This document shows positions 53,651-62,143 of a stretch of DNA of 64,000 nt, in pieces. A program made the position numbers and the translations under genes. The stretch covers positions 32,001 through 96,000 of IMG/VR virus record IMGVR_UViG_3300045988_151219. One strand, written 5' to 3'. Numbering within the stretch: position 1 is the stretch's first letter; every line of letters starts with the position of its first letter. The stretch comes from a virus. Under the pieces are notes generated by a model that made no database searches, was not told where the DNA came from, and saw nothing but the letters and a program-made list of their open reading frames with translations.

Positions 53651-54290
53651 GATACCGACCACCCTCTACTTCGTATGTCTTCACCGCATTATGCATAAGA
53701 CGCTCGTCATGCGTGATAAGTACGAATATGAACCCTAACCTCTTGGCTATGTCTTCTATAAACATCTTGAGATAAATTATATATTTGTCCGACAGCTGCG
53801 TGAACGCTTCGTCTAAAAATATAATAGGCGACAGTCCGTGATATTGTATGTAGAATACCTGGAACAAAAAACCTATAGTAACTAATACCCCGCCACCGAC
53901 TGAATCCTTTAGAGATGACTTTAAAATGTCTTCTCCATTCTTTTCAATCAAATAAAGGTTTGCTTGCTTTAAGTTACGCTTGTCTTCTATCTCTATCTCT
54001 ATTTTATATTCTTTGTCATAAAAGATAGTCTTTAAACCCTCATTGATGAAGTTTGCTGCCTCGTTAATGTGTTCAGTAGCCATCGTCTGTATGAGGTTCT
54101 TTAAAAGGTTTAAGCCCTCTTCTTGCAATGTACTTTTCTTAGTAAGCTCTTCGTATTCTTTCTTCTTCTCTTCATAGTTAAGCTTGAACTGGCTTAGCAC
54201 TCGCTTCGTGTTCGTGATTGAGCTTTTCAGACTGATACTTTGCATTTTTGCTTGGTTGTAACGTGATATTATCTCTTCGGCGTTTCCCAT
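53637..54290 (-). CDS. SbcC/Rad50 C-terminal ATPase half (signature/Walker B/H-loop)
   Basis: ..KDSVGGGVLV.. (signature-like), SPIIFLDEAFTQL (Walker B/D-loop) and VLITHDERL (H-loop). Preceded by a coiled-coil region. Confidence 0.75.
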   Translation of the reverse strand: MGNAEEIISRYNQAKMQSISLKSSITNTKRVLSQFKLNYEEKKKEYEELTKKSTLQEEGLNLLKNLIQTMATEHINEAANFINEGLKTIFYDKEYKIEIEIEDKRNLKQANLYLIEKNGEDILKSSLKDSVGGGVLVTIGFLFQVFYIQYHGLSPIIFLDEAFTQLSDKYIIYLKMFIEDIAKRLGFIFVLITHDERLMHNAVKTYEVEGGRYHELN

Positions 54291-54293
54291 CTG

Positions 54294-54548
54294 TCAATCT
54301 TCCTTAATATCTAAAGAAAGACTTTCTTCGGCTTTCGCTAAAGCTCTCTCTATTTCTTCACTTAACCTCTGCACTTCGGTCTCTGCTTCTTCCAAAGTGT
54401 TAAGGTTATATTTTTCTTTTAGCTCTTTAAGTAACGCTCCCTCTCTTTCTTTTAGTACAGACAGCTTCCCGCTTAATTCGACCTGCTCTTCTTTCAGCTT
54501 GTCTCTTTTCTCGGTTAGCTCTCTGAACCGCTCTTTCATTTCTTCCAT
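54294..54548 (-). CDS. 84-aa coiled-coil protein between the two Rad50 halves
   Basis: Entirely heptad-like K/E/L sequence. Has its own AGGAGG RBS and ATG. Confidence 0.65.
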   Translation of the reverse strand: MEEMKERFRELTEKRDKLKEEQVELSGKLSVLKEREGALLKELKEKYNLNTLEEAETEVQRLSEEIERALAKAEESLSLDIKED

Positions 54549-54561
54549 CTTCGCTCCTCCT

Positions 54562-55788
54562 TTATTTTAAGATTGAGTGGCAGTATGGACAGGCTTTGAA
54601 TGTTGTCAGTTCTTCCTCCACTTCTTTTTGAGTTGAAAGTGTCTTTGTCAGAAGCTGCCCCGCTGCCACTCTTTCTTTGAATACCTGTGATAGTTCCTTT
54701 GTTAGCTCTTCTATATATAATACTTTGGCTGGGTCTATCTTTTTCAGGCTCTCACTATTTTTTAGCTTTTTGTTTATTTTTTGTATCTTGCTCTCTATTT
54801 TCTCTATATTATTCTTTGTCTCTTTTTCTTCTTCTATCCTCTTTGACATTAGCTCTGCTGTCTCAATCTTCGTTGTTAGCTTGCTTAAGTCTTCTGTGTT
54901 CTGTATCTTATTCTCTATATTCTTTATATTATCTTTTTTCTCTTTTATTGCTTCTTTTACGTTTTTAGTTTCTTTAATTATTGTATTAATTGCTTCTATC
55001 TTCTCTATATCTTCTTTTTTAGGTAATTTGATATTATTTAGCTTATTCATTATATTGGTATTTTTGTTTTCTATCTTCTCTATATTATTCTTTGTCTCTT
55101 TGATGTCTTTTTCTATATTGTGTATGTGATTTAGTTCGTTAGCTTTACTGTCTAATTTTAAGATTGTATCGGCTGCTTCTTCGGACTCTTTTAGTTTATT
55201 GAGTCGGTTGCTTTCTTCTAAAGCAAGATTTTTGTTGGTGTCCATGGTATTTTTACAAAGCAAGATGTCTCGCTTGATACCTTTGAAGTCCTGCACCATG
55301 TCTGCTTGGACTTCCCCTAAATTTTCAAATTCAGAAGAGTATGAAAAGAATTTGAAAAGTTCTGATGGTGTCCTATTCAGTAAAAATGGATATGCCATCT
55401 GTGAATAAAAGTTAAGACGCTCTTTTGTTCCTGTAACGTCTACTTCTTTTATACCAAACGTATTCGCTAATTCCTCAAGCTGATTTCTTCCTATCTTAGA
55501 ATATGTTTTGCCATCAATTATATAAGTAGTCTTGATAGATGAATCTTTGTCTCTCGCCCATATGAAATAATGATTCCGATAAGAGAACTTGACAGCAGCT
55601 TTTTTAGCTCCCTTAGTAATGTGTGATTCTCTGGCTAAATTAAAAATTGATGTTTCTAACGCTCTAAATAAAGAAGATTTACCCTGATTGCTGGAACCTA
55701 AGATTAAGTTCAGTCCAGGCTTAAATTCTATTTTAGCATTTTTTATTCTTTGATAGTTTCTAATTTCAATCTTGAGTGAGTTATCCAT
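54562..55788 (-). CDS. SbcC/Rad50 N-terminal ATPase half with coiled coil, ending in a CxxC zinc hook
   Basis: Walker A LNLILGSSNQGKSSLFRAL, a long K/E/N-rich coiled coil, and the C-terminus ..FKACPYCHSILK*. Confidence 0.8.
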   Translation of the reverse strand: MDNSLKIEIRNYQRIKNAKIEFKPGLNLILGSSNQGKSSLFRALETSIFNLARESHITKGAKKAAVKFSYRNHYFIWARDKDSSIKTTYIIDGKTYSKIGRNQLEELANTFGIKEVDVTGTKERLNFYSQMAYPFLLNRTPSELFKFFSYSSEFENLGEVQADMVQDFKGIKRDILLCKNTMDTNKNLALEESNRLNKLKESEEAADTILKLDSKANELNHIHNIEKDIKETKNNIEKIENKNTNIMNKLNNIKLPKKEDIEKIEAINTIIKETKNVKEAIKEKKDNIKNIENKIQNTEDLSKLTTKIETAELMSKRIEEEKETKNNIEKIESKIQKINKKLKNSESLKKIDPAKVLYIEELTKELSQVFKERVAAGQLLTKTLSTQKEVEEELTTFKACPYCHSILK

Positions 55789-56787
55789 TTATGTTTTTAT
55801 CTCTCCTTTCTCCAGTTCAACAATATGTTTCCCTATATCATATACTACGTTTACTGTTACAGCATTTCCTGCTTGTTTATATAATTGTTCAGTGCTATTA
55901 CATAATAAAGCTTTATGAAACTGCTCGTCAGTAAACCCTTGTAGCCCCCAGCACTCCTTTGGAGTAAGCTTTCTTATATAACACTTAACTCCATTAGATA
56001 ATAAAACTCCGCTTATCTCACCTTTATGGTTGCTTGTTCCTTTATTGCAACCAGTCGTAAGACATCTTGCATATTCAGTTAGTTTTACTTCTTTCTCTGA
56101 AAGGTCTATGAATTGACAGTATAAACCTGTTTTTGCTCCTATACCTCCACCTTGCGATGTTATAGTACAAGCCAAATCTAAATTATATACTCTATCTCCT
56201 TGAGAACCATTTATAATTTCTTTAAGAGTTCTCTCACTTTTTCTTGTGACAGGAAGTAGCGACTGTCCTTTGTGTTCTCCATTATATCCCGCAATGTACA
56301 CTCGCTCACGGCTTTGCGGAACTCCGTAGGCTTTTGAGTTGTAAACACGCCATTCAAGACTGTACCCTCTCGCAGCCATTTCAGACAAGACCTGGAAGAA
56401 TCCCCAGCCATCATCAATTGAAAGCAAGTTCTTAACGTTTTCAGCGATAAGCCATTTGGGTCTATTTCCGCCTGCTTCGTCAAGAAGCCGCATAATCTCA
56501 TAAAATAAGCCACTTCTGGTTCCTCGTTTGATACCTGCTTGTTTCCCTGCAATGGATACATCTTGGCATGGAAACCCGAAGGTCCATATGTCGGCTTTTG
56601 GTATTTTGTCGCCTCTAACTTTTTGGACATCATTTGCAAACCATAATCCCTCCGTGTTATATAAAGCTCTATAACTTCTTTGAGCATATTTATTAAATTC
56701 ACACCAGCCAATACATTTCATTCCCGCCTTCTCAAACCCTGAATGAAATCCACCTATGCCAGCGAAAAAGTCAATAAAAGTTAGCAT
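55789..56787 (-). CDS. DNA (cytosine-5) methyltransferase
   Basis: Motif I FIDFFAGIGGF, motif IV GFPCQDVS, motif VI IAENVKNL, motif VIII QSRERVYI, motif X GNAVTVNV. Confidence 0.9.
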   Translation of the reverse strand: MLTFIDFFAGIGGFHSGFEKAGMKCIGWCEFNKYAQRSYRALYNTEGLWFANDVQKVRGDKIPKADIWTFGFPCQDVSIAGKQAGIKRGTRSGLFYEIMRLLDEAGGNRPKWLIAENVKNLLSIDDGWGFFQVLSEMAARGYSLEWRVYNSKAYGVPQSRERVYIAGYNGEHKGQSLLPVTRKSERTLKEIINGSQGDRVYNLDLACTITSQGGGIGAKTGLYCQFIDLSEKEVKLTEYARCLTTGCNKGTSNHKGEISGVLLSNGVKCYIRKLTPKECWGLQGFTDEQFHKALLCNSTEQLYKQAGNAVTVNVVYDIGKHIVELEKGEIKT

Positions 56788-56826
56788 TCTTTTTCCTCTT
56801 AAAAATTTTAGAATTTGAATTTATTA

Positions 56827-56843
56827 TATATTATACTGTTTTC
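56827..56843 (-). promoter_or_regulatory. GAAAACAGTATAATATA 17-mer (TATAAT-containing), copy 2
   Basis: Exact match to 47008-47024. The TATAAT (plus 56830-56835) lies ~43 nt upstream of the C5-MTase ATG. No good -35 element. Confidence 0.35.
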
Positions 56844-57000
56844 AGCAAAAAATGTTTCTAAACATATTTTGTAAAAATCGTATCATTTTAAATTCTTCCT
56901 CCCGTAAAATGTCAGTAAACCTTATAAGAATCGTACAAAAAGAAGCTTTTACCAAACATATTGTTCAATATCAGCTTCCTTTTCTTTATTTTATGTATAT

Positions 57001-57396
57001 TTAATTATTTTCTATTAAATCTTCGGTGATATAATCTCCGTTACTTTGTTCTTCTCCGCTATAAATTTCATAGCGGTATTCTCTATTCGGATACATAATA
57101 AAGAATTTAAAATAATCTACACCATGCTTTTTGAAAAAATCATTCCTAAGTTCCTTCTCCCTACTTACAGATATATTCTTAAACTTCGGTTTTTTAATAT
57201 ACACATTATATAAAAGGTTTACCACGTTTAGCTTTATTGAATTTTCTTCCCGTTCTTTCTGATATATTTCTTCTTTAATCTCTAACTGTCTTTTAGCATC
57301 TTTAACTCGTTGTTCATCTCGGCTTATCATTACAATACGTGCTCTTTTATATGGATTATCATAATCGGTACATATTTCTTGCAATACATATATCAT
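57001..57396 (-). CDS. Hypothetical protein; paralog of 4573-4950
   Basis: Start moved to ATG 57396 behind a GGAGGA RBS (MIYVLQEICTDY...). See 4573-4950 for the alignment. Confidence 0.65.
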   Translation of the reverse strand: MIYVLQEICTDYDNPYKRARIVMISRDEQRVKDAKRQLEIKEEIYQKEREENSIKLNVVNLLYNVYIKKPKFKNISVSREKELRNDFFKKHGVDYFKFFIMYPNREYRYEIYSGEEQSNGDYITEDLIENN

Positions 57397-57397
57397 A

Positions 57398-57628
57398 TTA
57401 TTCCTCCGTTTTATTTCTATAAAGATGTTCAACTATTCTAAAAGTGCTTTCAGCATTAGCGTTACTTTCTCCAATAGCTTTTACTATACGCTGTAATAAC
57501 TCTTTTATAGCCTCATTATCTTCTTTCAAAATATTTACTTCTTTCCTTAAGTCACTCACATTCAGCTTTAAATTTCTATTCTCCAGTTTTAAAGCATTGA
57601 CTTTAATTGATAACTTCAAAATATCCAT
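57398..57628 (-). CDS. 76-aa coiled-coil protein
   Basis: First ORF downstream of the consensus promoter at 57672-57700. Confidence 0.55.
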   Translation of the reverse strand: MDILKLSIKVNALKLENRNLKLNVSDLRKEVNILKEDNEAIKELLQRIVKAIGESNANAESTFRIVEHLYRNKTEE

Positions 57629-57671
57629 TATTGTTTTCCTTTCTTCTACAACACATTTAATTTACAAGTAT

Positions 57672-57700
57672 ATTATAAAAGAAATTGTAATATATGTCAA
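57672..57700 (-). promoter_or_regulatory. Perfect sigma70-consensus promoter (TTGACA-17 nt-TATAAT)
   Basis: Minus strand reads cTTGACAtatattacaatttctttTATAATata. -35 is plus 57695-57700, -10 is plus 57672-57677. Matches the 5349-5377 element at most spacer positions too. Confidence 0.75.
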
Positions 57701-58356
57701 GCTTTATTTTCTATAATAAATCCGCTCCATTGGTCAGCATGTTGCAGTAATAATGCTAAAGGACATTCTTTACAAGCATACTCTTTGTTAGCATTAACAT
57801 ACTGTCCGTCATGTATTAAGATAGCCTGAAATTCTTCCGGTGTAAGTTTAAAATGCCACGTTAAATAATAAAGAGACCTGTGAGGAACAGACATAAACGG
57901 ATAAAGCTTAGTGTTATATTGATAACCAGCTTTCCAATCAGGTTTCTCTAAATATAAAGGATTATGAGGATTACCTGCTTTACCAAAATCATGAAATAAC
58001 CCGCAAAAAGCTACGGAACTTCTGAATACATTAGGCATAGAATCTTTATGTGCTTCATAAAGATTTAAAGCTGTTTCAGCTACATTAAGTGAATGTTCTA
58101 AAAGACCAAATTTCCTATTTAAATGATACTTAGTAGAAGCTGGAGCTGTAAGAAATCCGAAATCTTTAATCACCTCTGTAAAGAAAATTTTAAAACTGTC
58201 GATAAATTGAGAATCTCTTCCTTCTAAAATAACGTTAATAATTTTAGGCAATCTTCTATCAAATAACTCCGGATTTTCTTCCGGATAGTTTTTACTTGGC
58301 TTATCATCACTAAAATGTAAGTCGTCTAAAATGTCTTGATAATTAGTATACATCAT
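57697..58356 (-). CDS. HD-domain phosphohydrolase
   Basis: LLEHSLNVAE ... CGLFHDFGK (H...HD). Start placed at ATG 58356 behind GAGGAG. Confidence 0.75.
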   Translation of the reverse strand: MMYTNYQDILDDLHFSDDKPSKNYPEENPELFDRRLPKIINVILEGRDSQFIDSFKIFFTEVIKDFGFLTAPASTKYHLNRKFGLLEHSLNVAETALNLYEAHKDSMPNVFRSSVAFCGLFHDFGKAGNPHNPLYLEKPDWKAGYQYNTKLYPFMSVPHRSLYYLTWHFKLTPEEFQAILIHDGQYVNANKEYACKECPLALLLQHADQWSGFIIENKA

Positions 58357-58708
58357 CTTCCAACTCCTCAAAAGAATTTAACCAGTCCTGCATAGTTTCT
58401 GCTTCTTCTTTATCTTTTAAATGCTTGATGTAATATCTGATAGTCTTCTTATCATTATCATCTTTAGGGTCTAATACTATAGTGTCTTTATCCGGTTTCT
58501 GATTTATATTGTCATAAACATAAAATCTCGGACATATTTCATTGTGGGCATCTGAAAGTGAAATCCTTAAGGTAGACGCCATCTCTAATACTAATTCAGA
58601 AAGTTTGTCTAAACAGTCTAATTGGTCATAGGGTGTAGTAGACATATCTAAATCGTATAGAAGTTTTGATATCTCTTTCTTGTCTTGTTCTGTCATATTA
58701 AGCTTCAT
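58343..58708 (-). CDS. Hypothetical protein (121 aa)
   Basis: ORF-track entry, overlapping both neighbours by a few nt. Confidence 0.6.
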   Translation of the reverse strand: MKLNMTEQDKKEISKLLYDLDMSTTPYDQLDCLDKLSELVLEMASTLRISLSDAHNEICPRFYVYDNINQKPDKDTIVLDPKDDNDKKTIRYYIKHLKDKEEAETMQDWLNSFEELEDDVY

Positions 58709-59729
58709 CCTCGTCTACTACTAATTTTACTCCGCCTTTAGCATTAAACAGTTGCTTGACTTCATCTAAGTTATCCCTTACTAATGCAGAAAGTTTAACC
58801 TGTCCTCTCACTTTAACCATCTCTTTCATAGACGGTAACTGTACATCATACATACCCATCTTGTGAGCTTTGACGTATCCTTCATTAATGAGGAATGTAC
58901 TGTAATAAGAAATGTTTGAAATACCTTTACCAAAATAAATTGCTATCTCTGCTTTCACAAAAGGTCTGTTATATCTATTCTTTTCTGAATAAATAGTGTT
59001 TATTGCTCCATAAGGTGTTTCTTCTCTTCCGGTAATTGTTGATACCATCTTCTTAAGCTTAGTCTTAAGAGTCATCAGAAGCCTAATATCCATATTAAAT
59101 TTCTGTGCAGACCCACCAGCAGCTTCATAAGTTGAACCTCTCATAAAGTTAATCTTATTGCGCATCTGATTAATAAATAAAAAGCTTGCCGGACATCCGG
59201 AATTTTTAAGTTTTGCTTTATATTTAGGTAAAAATAAAGACATATACCTTGCTTGAAGTCCTGGCTCTATTTCCGCAATTGATTTCTCAAGCACCTTTTC
59301 CGGAAATAAATTTGTTATAGAGTCTATTACTATCAATGCAAATCTGTCGTCCGGTATCAATATTGAATCTAAAATCTCTTCCGCCTCTTCAAACGTACTA
59401 ATTTGCCTATGAAAAAAGCTCTTATTTAAATAATCTTTTAGTCCAAAGGATTCTATTTGCGTATCATTTACAGCTTTTTCACTATCTAAATAAAATGTAA
59501 TATAACCATTGGCACACAAGGTTTTACAAATATGAAGTGCCATAGTCGATTTACCACAACCTGATTCAGATGAAAGCTGTATAAATTTTCTTCTCGGAAA
59601 CCCTTTACCGTTAGACAGAACAGCGTCAAATACAATAGAACCTGATTCTAAAAATTCATCTTTATCTACTTCGGTCGTGTCGTCCTGGCATAATGCCGTA
59701 AGCGATTTTACTAAGTCTTGTGTTGCCAT
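58698..59729 (-). CDS. RecA-family recombinase (UvsX/RecA-like)
   Basis: Walker A SSESGCGKST, Walker B ALIVIDSITNL, and the block FINQMRNK......GGSAQKFNMDIRL resembling RecA FINQIR.K......GGNALKFY.S.RL. Confidence 0.8.
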   Translation of the reverse strand: MATQDLVKSLTALCQDDTTEVDKDEFLESGSIVFDAVLSNGKGFPRRKFIQLSSESGCGKSTMALHICKTLCANGYITFYLDSEKAVNDTQIESFGLKDYLNKSFFHRQISTFEEAEEILDSILIPDDRFALIVIDSITNLFPEKVLEKSIAEIEPGLQARYMSLFLPKYKAKLKNSGCPASFLFINQMRNKINFMRGSTYEAAGGSAQKFNMDIRLLMTLKTKLKKMVSTITGREETPYGAINTIYSEKNRYNRPFVKAEIAIYFGKGISNISYYSTFLINEGYVKAHKMGMYDVQLPSMKEMVKVRGQVKLSALVRDNLDEVKQLFNAKGGVKLVVDEDEA

Positions 59730-60328
59730 TATTTACTCCTTGTGTATAATAATTTTTCTTTCTCTTCGTGAAATCTTCGCCTCATCGGTAAGTCTTTACA
59801 GTTTTTTCCGCTTGGTAATATTATACCATTCCTCACCATAAGTCTAAAGAGAAAGATAAAAGATTCTGCTGTGTCATTATTGAGTCTATTAGTATATTGT
59901 ATAACTGTTACTTTATTAAGCTTTAAAGTGTCGATTATCTCTTTAGCTAAAATAACAGATTCAGATTTAATAGACTTCTTCGCCTCTTTAACATATTTAC
60001 AATATGTAGGATGTAAATTGTAAATCGTATTAATTCCTTTATCATGTATTAACCTATAGAAAATATGAGTATCCAGTGTATATAGTCCTGATGAAAATAA
60101 AGCAGTAGGCAACGGTTCTTCTGATATAAGTGTGTCTAAATCCCCTTTGGAATATAAAGCATCAACAACCCTATCTCCGAATAAAAGAACTCTATTAAAC
60201 ATTGCCTGATAAGTTTTTTCAGTTGATTCTAATTTTGAAACTGCATCTAAAAATAAAAATGAACGCTCTGTATCATAAATAGAAATACCTGTCCTTGTAA
60301 ATGACGGGTCAAGCCCTGCTATTAACAT
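59729..60328 (-). CDS. ruvC: RuvC-like Holliday junction resolvase
   Basis: MLIAGLDPSFTRTGISIYD (first catalytic Asp block), LISEEP and NNDTAESF. Confidence 0.7.
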   Translation of the reverse strand: MLIAGLDPSFTRTGISIYDTERSFLFLDAVSKLESTEKTYQAMFNRVLLFGDRVVDALYSKGDLDTLISEEPLPTALFSSGLYTLDTHIFYRLIHDKGINTIYNLHPTYCKYVKEAKKSIKSESVILAKEIIDTLKLNKVTVIQYTNRLNNDTAESFIFLFRLMVRNGIILPSGKNCKDLPMRRRFHEEKEKLLYTRSK

Positions 60329-60345
60329 TATACTCTCCCTATAAA

Positions 60346-60383
60346 TGAAAAAAGAGATTATCTACTTTAATAAATAATCTCTC
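60346..60383 (-). terminator. Rho-independent terminator after 60401-61174
   Basis: Stem gagattat (60354-60361) / ataatctc (60374-60381). On the minus strand it is followed by TTTTTTCATTT. Confidence 0.6.
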
Positions 60384-60400
60384 CTTTCCGTTACGATATA

Positions 60401-61174
60401 TTAGTCTGAAAAATAAGAAGAAAGGTCTTCCTCGGAACTGATAGTGTCCGGTGCTGATTCTACACGCTGGGCTATCCCTTTTTTCTCATCGTATTCCTGC
60501 TGTGTCATAGCAGTAGCTACAGGAAGTACAATGTCTTTGATGTGACGTTTCCAGAAGTCAATCACCTGTTGTTTGATTTTAGCAGATTTCTTCCACGTTG
60601 CAGCTCCGGCTACTGTGAAAGTCTTTGATTGAAATTTCTCATCATTACATGTTACCACGATATCAATGTTATTCAGCGGTGTATTCTGTACTTCTTCAAT
60701 AGTTACCAAATCAGAATACTCTCTATACCCCAATACTAATACAGCATTAGTAACATGGTTAGACTGAATAACGCCTTTCCGGTCGGTCTCATAAATCAAG
60801 CATGGATATAAGTACCTTACTCTTACTTTAGGTGAACCCTTAAGCTGCAAATCGTCTGTTACAAGAATATTCGTTGATATTTCTTCATCATACACGGTCT
60901 TTATGATAATTACTTTATTTGAAATTAATGAAATTCTTGACCTTGCAGACACTGTAAATCTTGCTTTATCAACCGGAAATCTTGATACTGTGGTTCCTGA
61001 TTTCCCTACTACCACACCAGGTACTGATGAAAGGGAACCAAAATCTAAATCATCTTTATCTTCTTTTGCTTCTACTATCTCTTCTGCTTTTGCTGCTTCT
61101 GTTTCTTCTACTTCGTTTGTTAGGACGTCTGTGTCATCAAGCACCTGGTCTAAACCTACTTCGTTCGTTGTCAT
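60401..61174 (-). CDS. Hypothetical protein with acidic termini (weak ssDNA-binding protein candidate)
   Basis: 257 aa with acidic C-terminal tail ..SSEEDLSSYFSD, next to the recombination genes. No OB-fold motif recognised by eye. Confidence 0.55.
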   Translation of the reverse strand: MTTNEVGLDQVLDDTDVLTNEVEETEAAKAEEIVEAKEDKDDLDFGSLSSVPGVVVGKSGTTVSRFPVDKARFTVSARSRISLISNKVIIIKTVYDEEISTNILVTDDLQLKGSPKVRVRYLYPCLIYETDRKGVIQSNHVTNAVLVLGYREYSDLVTIEEVQNTPLNNIDIVVTCNDEKFQSKTFTVAGAATWKKSAKIKQQVIDFWKRHIKDIVLPVATAMTQQEYDEKKGIAQRVESAPDTISSEEDLSSYFSD

Positions 61175-61195
61175 GACTTTCTCCTTTATTTTACT

Positions 61196-61687
61196 TTAAA
61201 TTTCTTCAATTACTTTCTTCTTCGGCTTTTCTTCTGCTTTTGTTCCATATTTCTTGTAATCAAGCGGATGTAACACATCAAGCATCGCTTTGTCTTCCGC
61301 ATCTTCTGAAACCAAAATTCCATGGAATTTAAGAGAAGATTCAAGTTCTTCAAATCCCAGCAACTGTTCAATATAAGTCTTTACAGCTGTGGACGGATAG
61401 AACTTGAAGTGCGGTACATATTCCCATGTCTTCATTCCTGGAATTGGCTTTCCATTCTTATCAAGACCTGCTTTTGCTCCTCTCGGCTTACTGTGATTAA
61501 TTTTATACTTTCCTACTCCAGCCAGCGGAATATTATGCTGGTCAATGACTGTCGTAAGCTCCGCCATTCCCCACATAATGTCTTTGTACAACTCCCATGC
61601 CTTCTGTTTCGATACATTCACACCCAACGTATCCTTAATGATAAGCTGGATATGACGTTTGACTACTTCGGTCGTCTTAATAGCCAT
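61196..61687 (-). CDS. HU/IHF-family DNA-binding protein with C-terminal extension
   Basis: LAGVGKYKINHSKPRGAKAGLDKNGKPIPGMKTWEYVPHFKFYPSTAVKTYI parallels HU [46 protein letters not shown]. Confidence 0.6.
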   Translation of the reverse strand: MAIKTTEVVKRHIQLIIKDTLGVNVSKQKAWELYKDIMWGMAELTTVIDQHNIPLAGVGKYKINHSKPRGAKAGLDKNGKPIPGMKTWEYVPHFKFYPSTAVKTYIEQLLGFEELESSLKFHGILVSEDAEDKAMLDVLHPLDYKKYGTKAEEKPKKKVIEEI

Positions 61688-61717
61688 AAATTTTCTCCTT
61701 TACTAAATAAAATAAAT

Positions 61718-62143
61718 TTACATCTTATAAGTTGAATTACTTATAAGGTATTGAGAAGAATTGTAAAACTGCAATAGCTTCTCATATTTACTTTTCAAAG
61801 TTAATGTAGCTTCTCGGACTAAATCAACTTGTGAAAGTAAAAATTCTATTTGAGCAGTAATTTTACTGCGAATAGACGGCAAGACAGCTTCCTCTCTTAT
61901 AGACTTCCTAAGCTGTCTTAATTTAATTTGTGCCTGCACCAGTAAAGCTAATTTGTTGCAGGCTTCCTGGTAATTAACAGCGGTCTCTTTATATCCCCCA
62001 TAAAGTGTTGACAGCTGTGTAGGGTCTTTGATGTCCGGTATGTCTATCACGCCTTTTTCTAAGTCTGTATCAACAAAAGACATGATAGAGTTTATTACTC
62101 TTTCTAAAGAAGCACACATTGAAAGAAATTCACTTTGCTGCAT
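61718..62143 (-). CDS. Hypothetical protein (141 aa)
   Basis: Start placed at ATG 62143 behind TGAGGA. Overlaps the endonuclease IV gene end by 14 nt. Confidence 0.55.
   Translation of the reverse strand: MQQSEFLSMCASLERVINSIMSFVDTDLEKGVIDIPDIKDPTQLSTLYGGYKETAVNYQEACNKLALLVQAQIKLRQLRKSIREEAVLPSIRSKITAQIEFLLSQVDLVREATLTLKSKYEKLLQFYNSSQYLISNSTYKM

Noticed and set aside
54677-55129. Plus-strand ORFs of 150 aa and 93 aa (also 54687-54968) encoding extremely hydrophobic S/F/L/I-rich proteins
   Set aside because: They lie antisense to the K/E/N-rich coiled coil of the Rad50 N-terminal half. The low-complexity hydrophobic sequence is the expected mirror of AAA/GAA-rich codons. There is no RBS, and every other gene in the window is on the minus strand.
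56211-56711. 166-aa minus-strand ORF nested inside the cytosine-5 methyltransferase gene
   Set aside because: It is out of frame with an ORF that carries all the canonical C5-MTase motifs. It has no motifs of its own and is an overlapping-frame artefact.
56842-56886. 14-codon mini-ORF (MIRFLQNMFRNIFC) with a GGGAGGAAG RBS upstream of the C5-MTase gene (possible leader peptide)
   Set aside because: It is too short to support from sequence alone. It lies upstream of the candidate TATAAT element and partly overlaps it, and no attenuator structure was evident.
444-61735. All remaining plus-strand ORFs in the track (for example 444-698, 1226-1519, 8359-8688, 11720-12010, 33511-33831, 38602-38955, 49389-49733, 50571-50975, 60903-61199, 61322-61735)
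   Set aside because: Each is fully contained antisense within a longer minus-strand gene that has recognisable motifs or module context. Their sequences are low-complexity (S/F/L-rich) and lack RBS.
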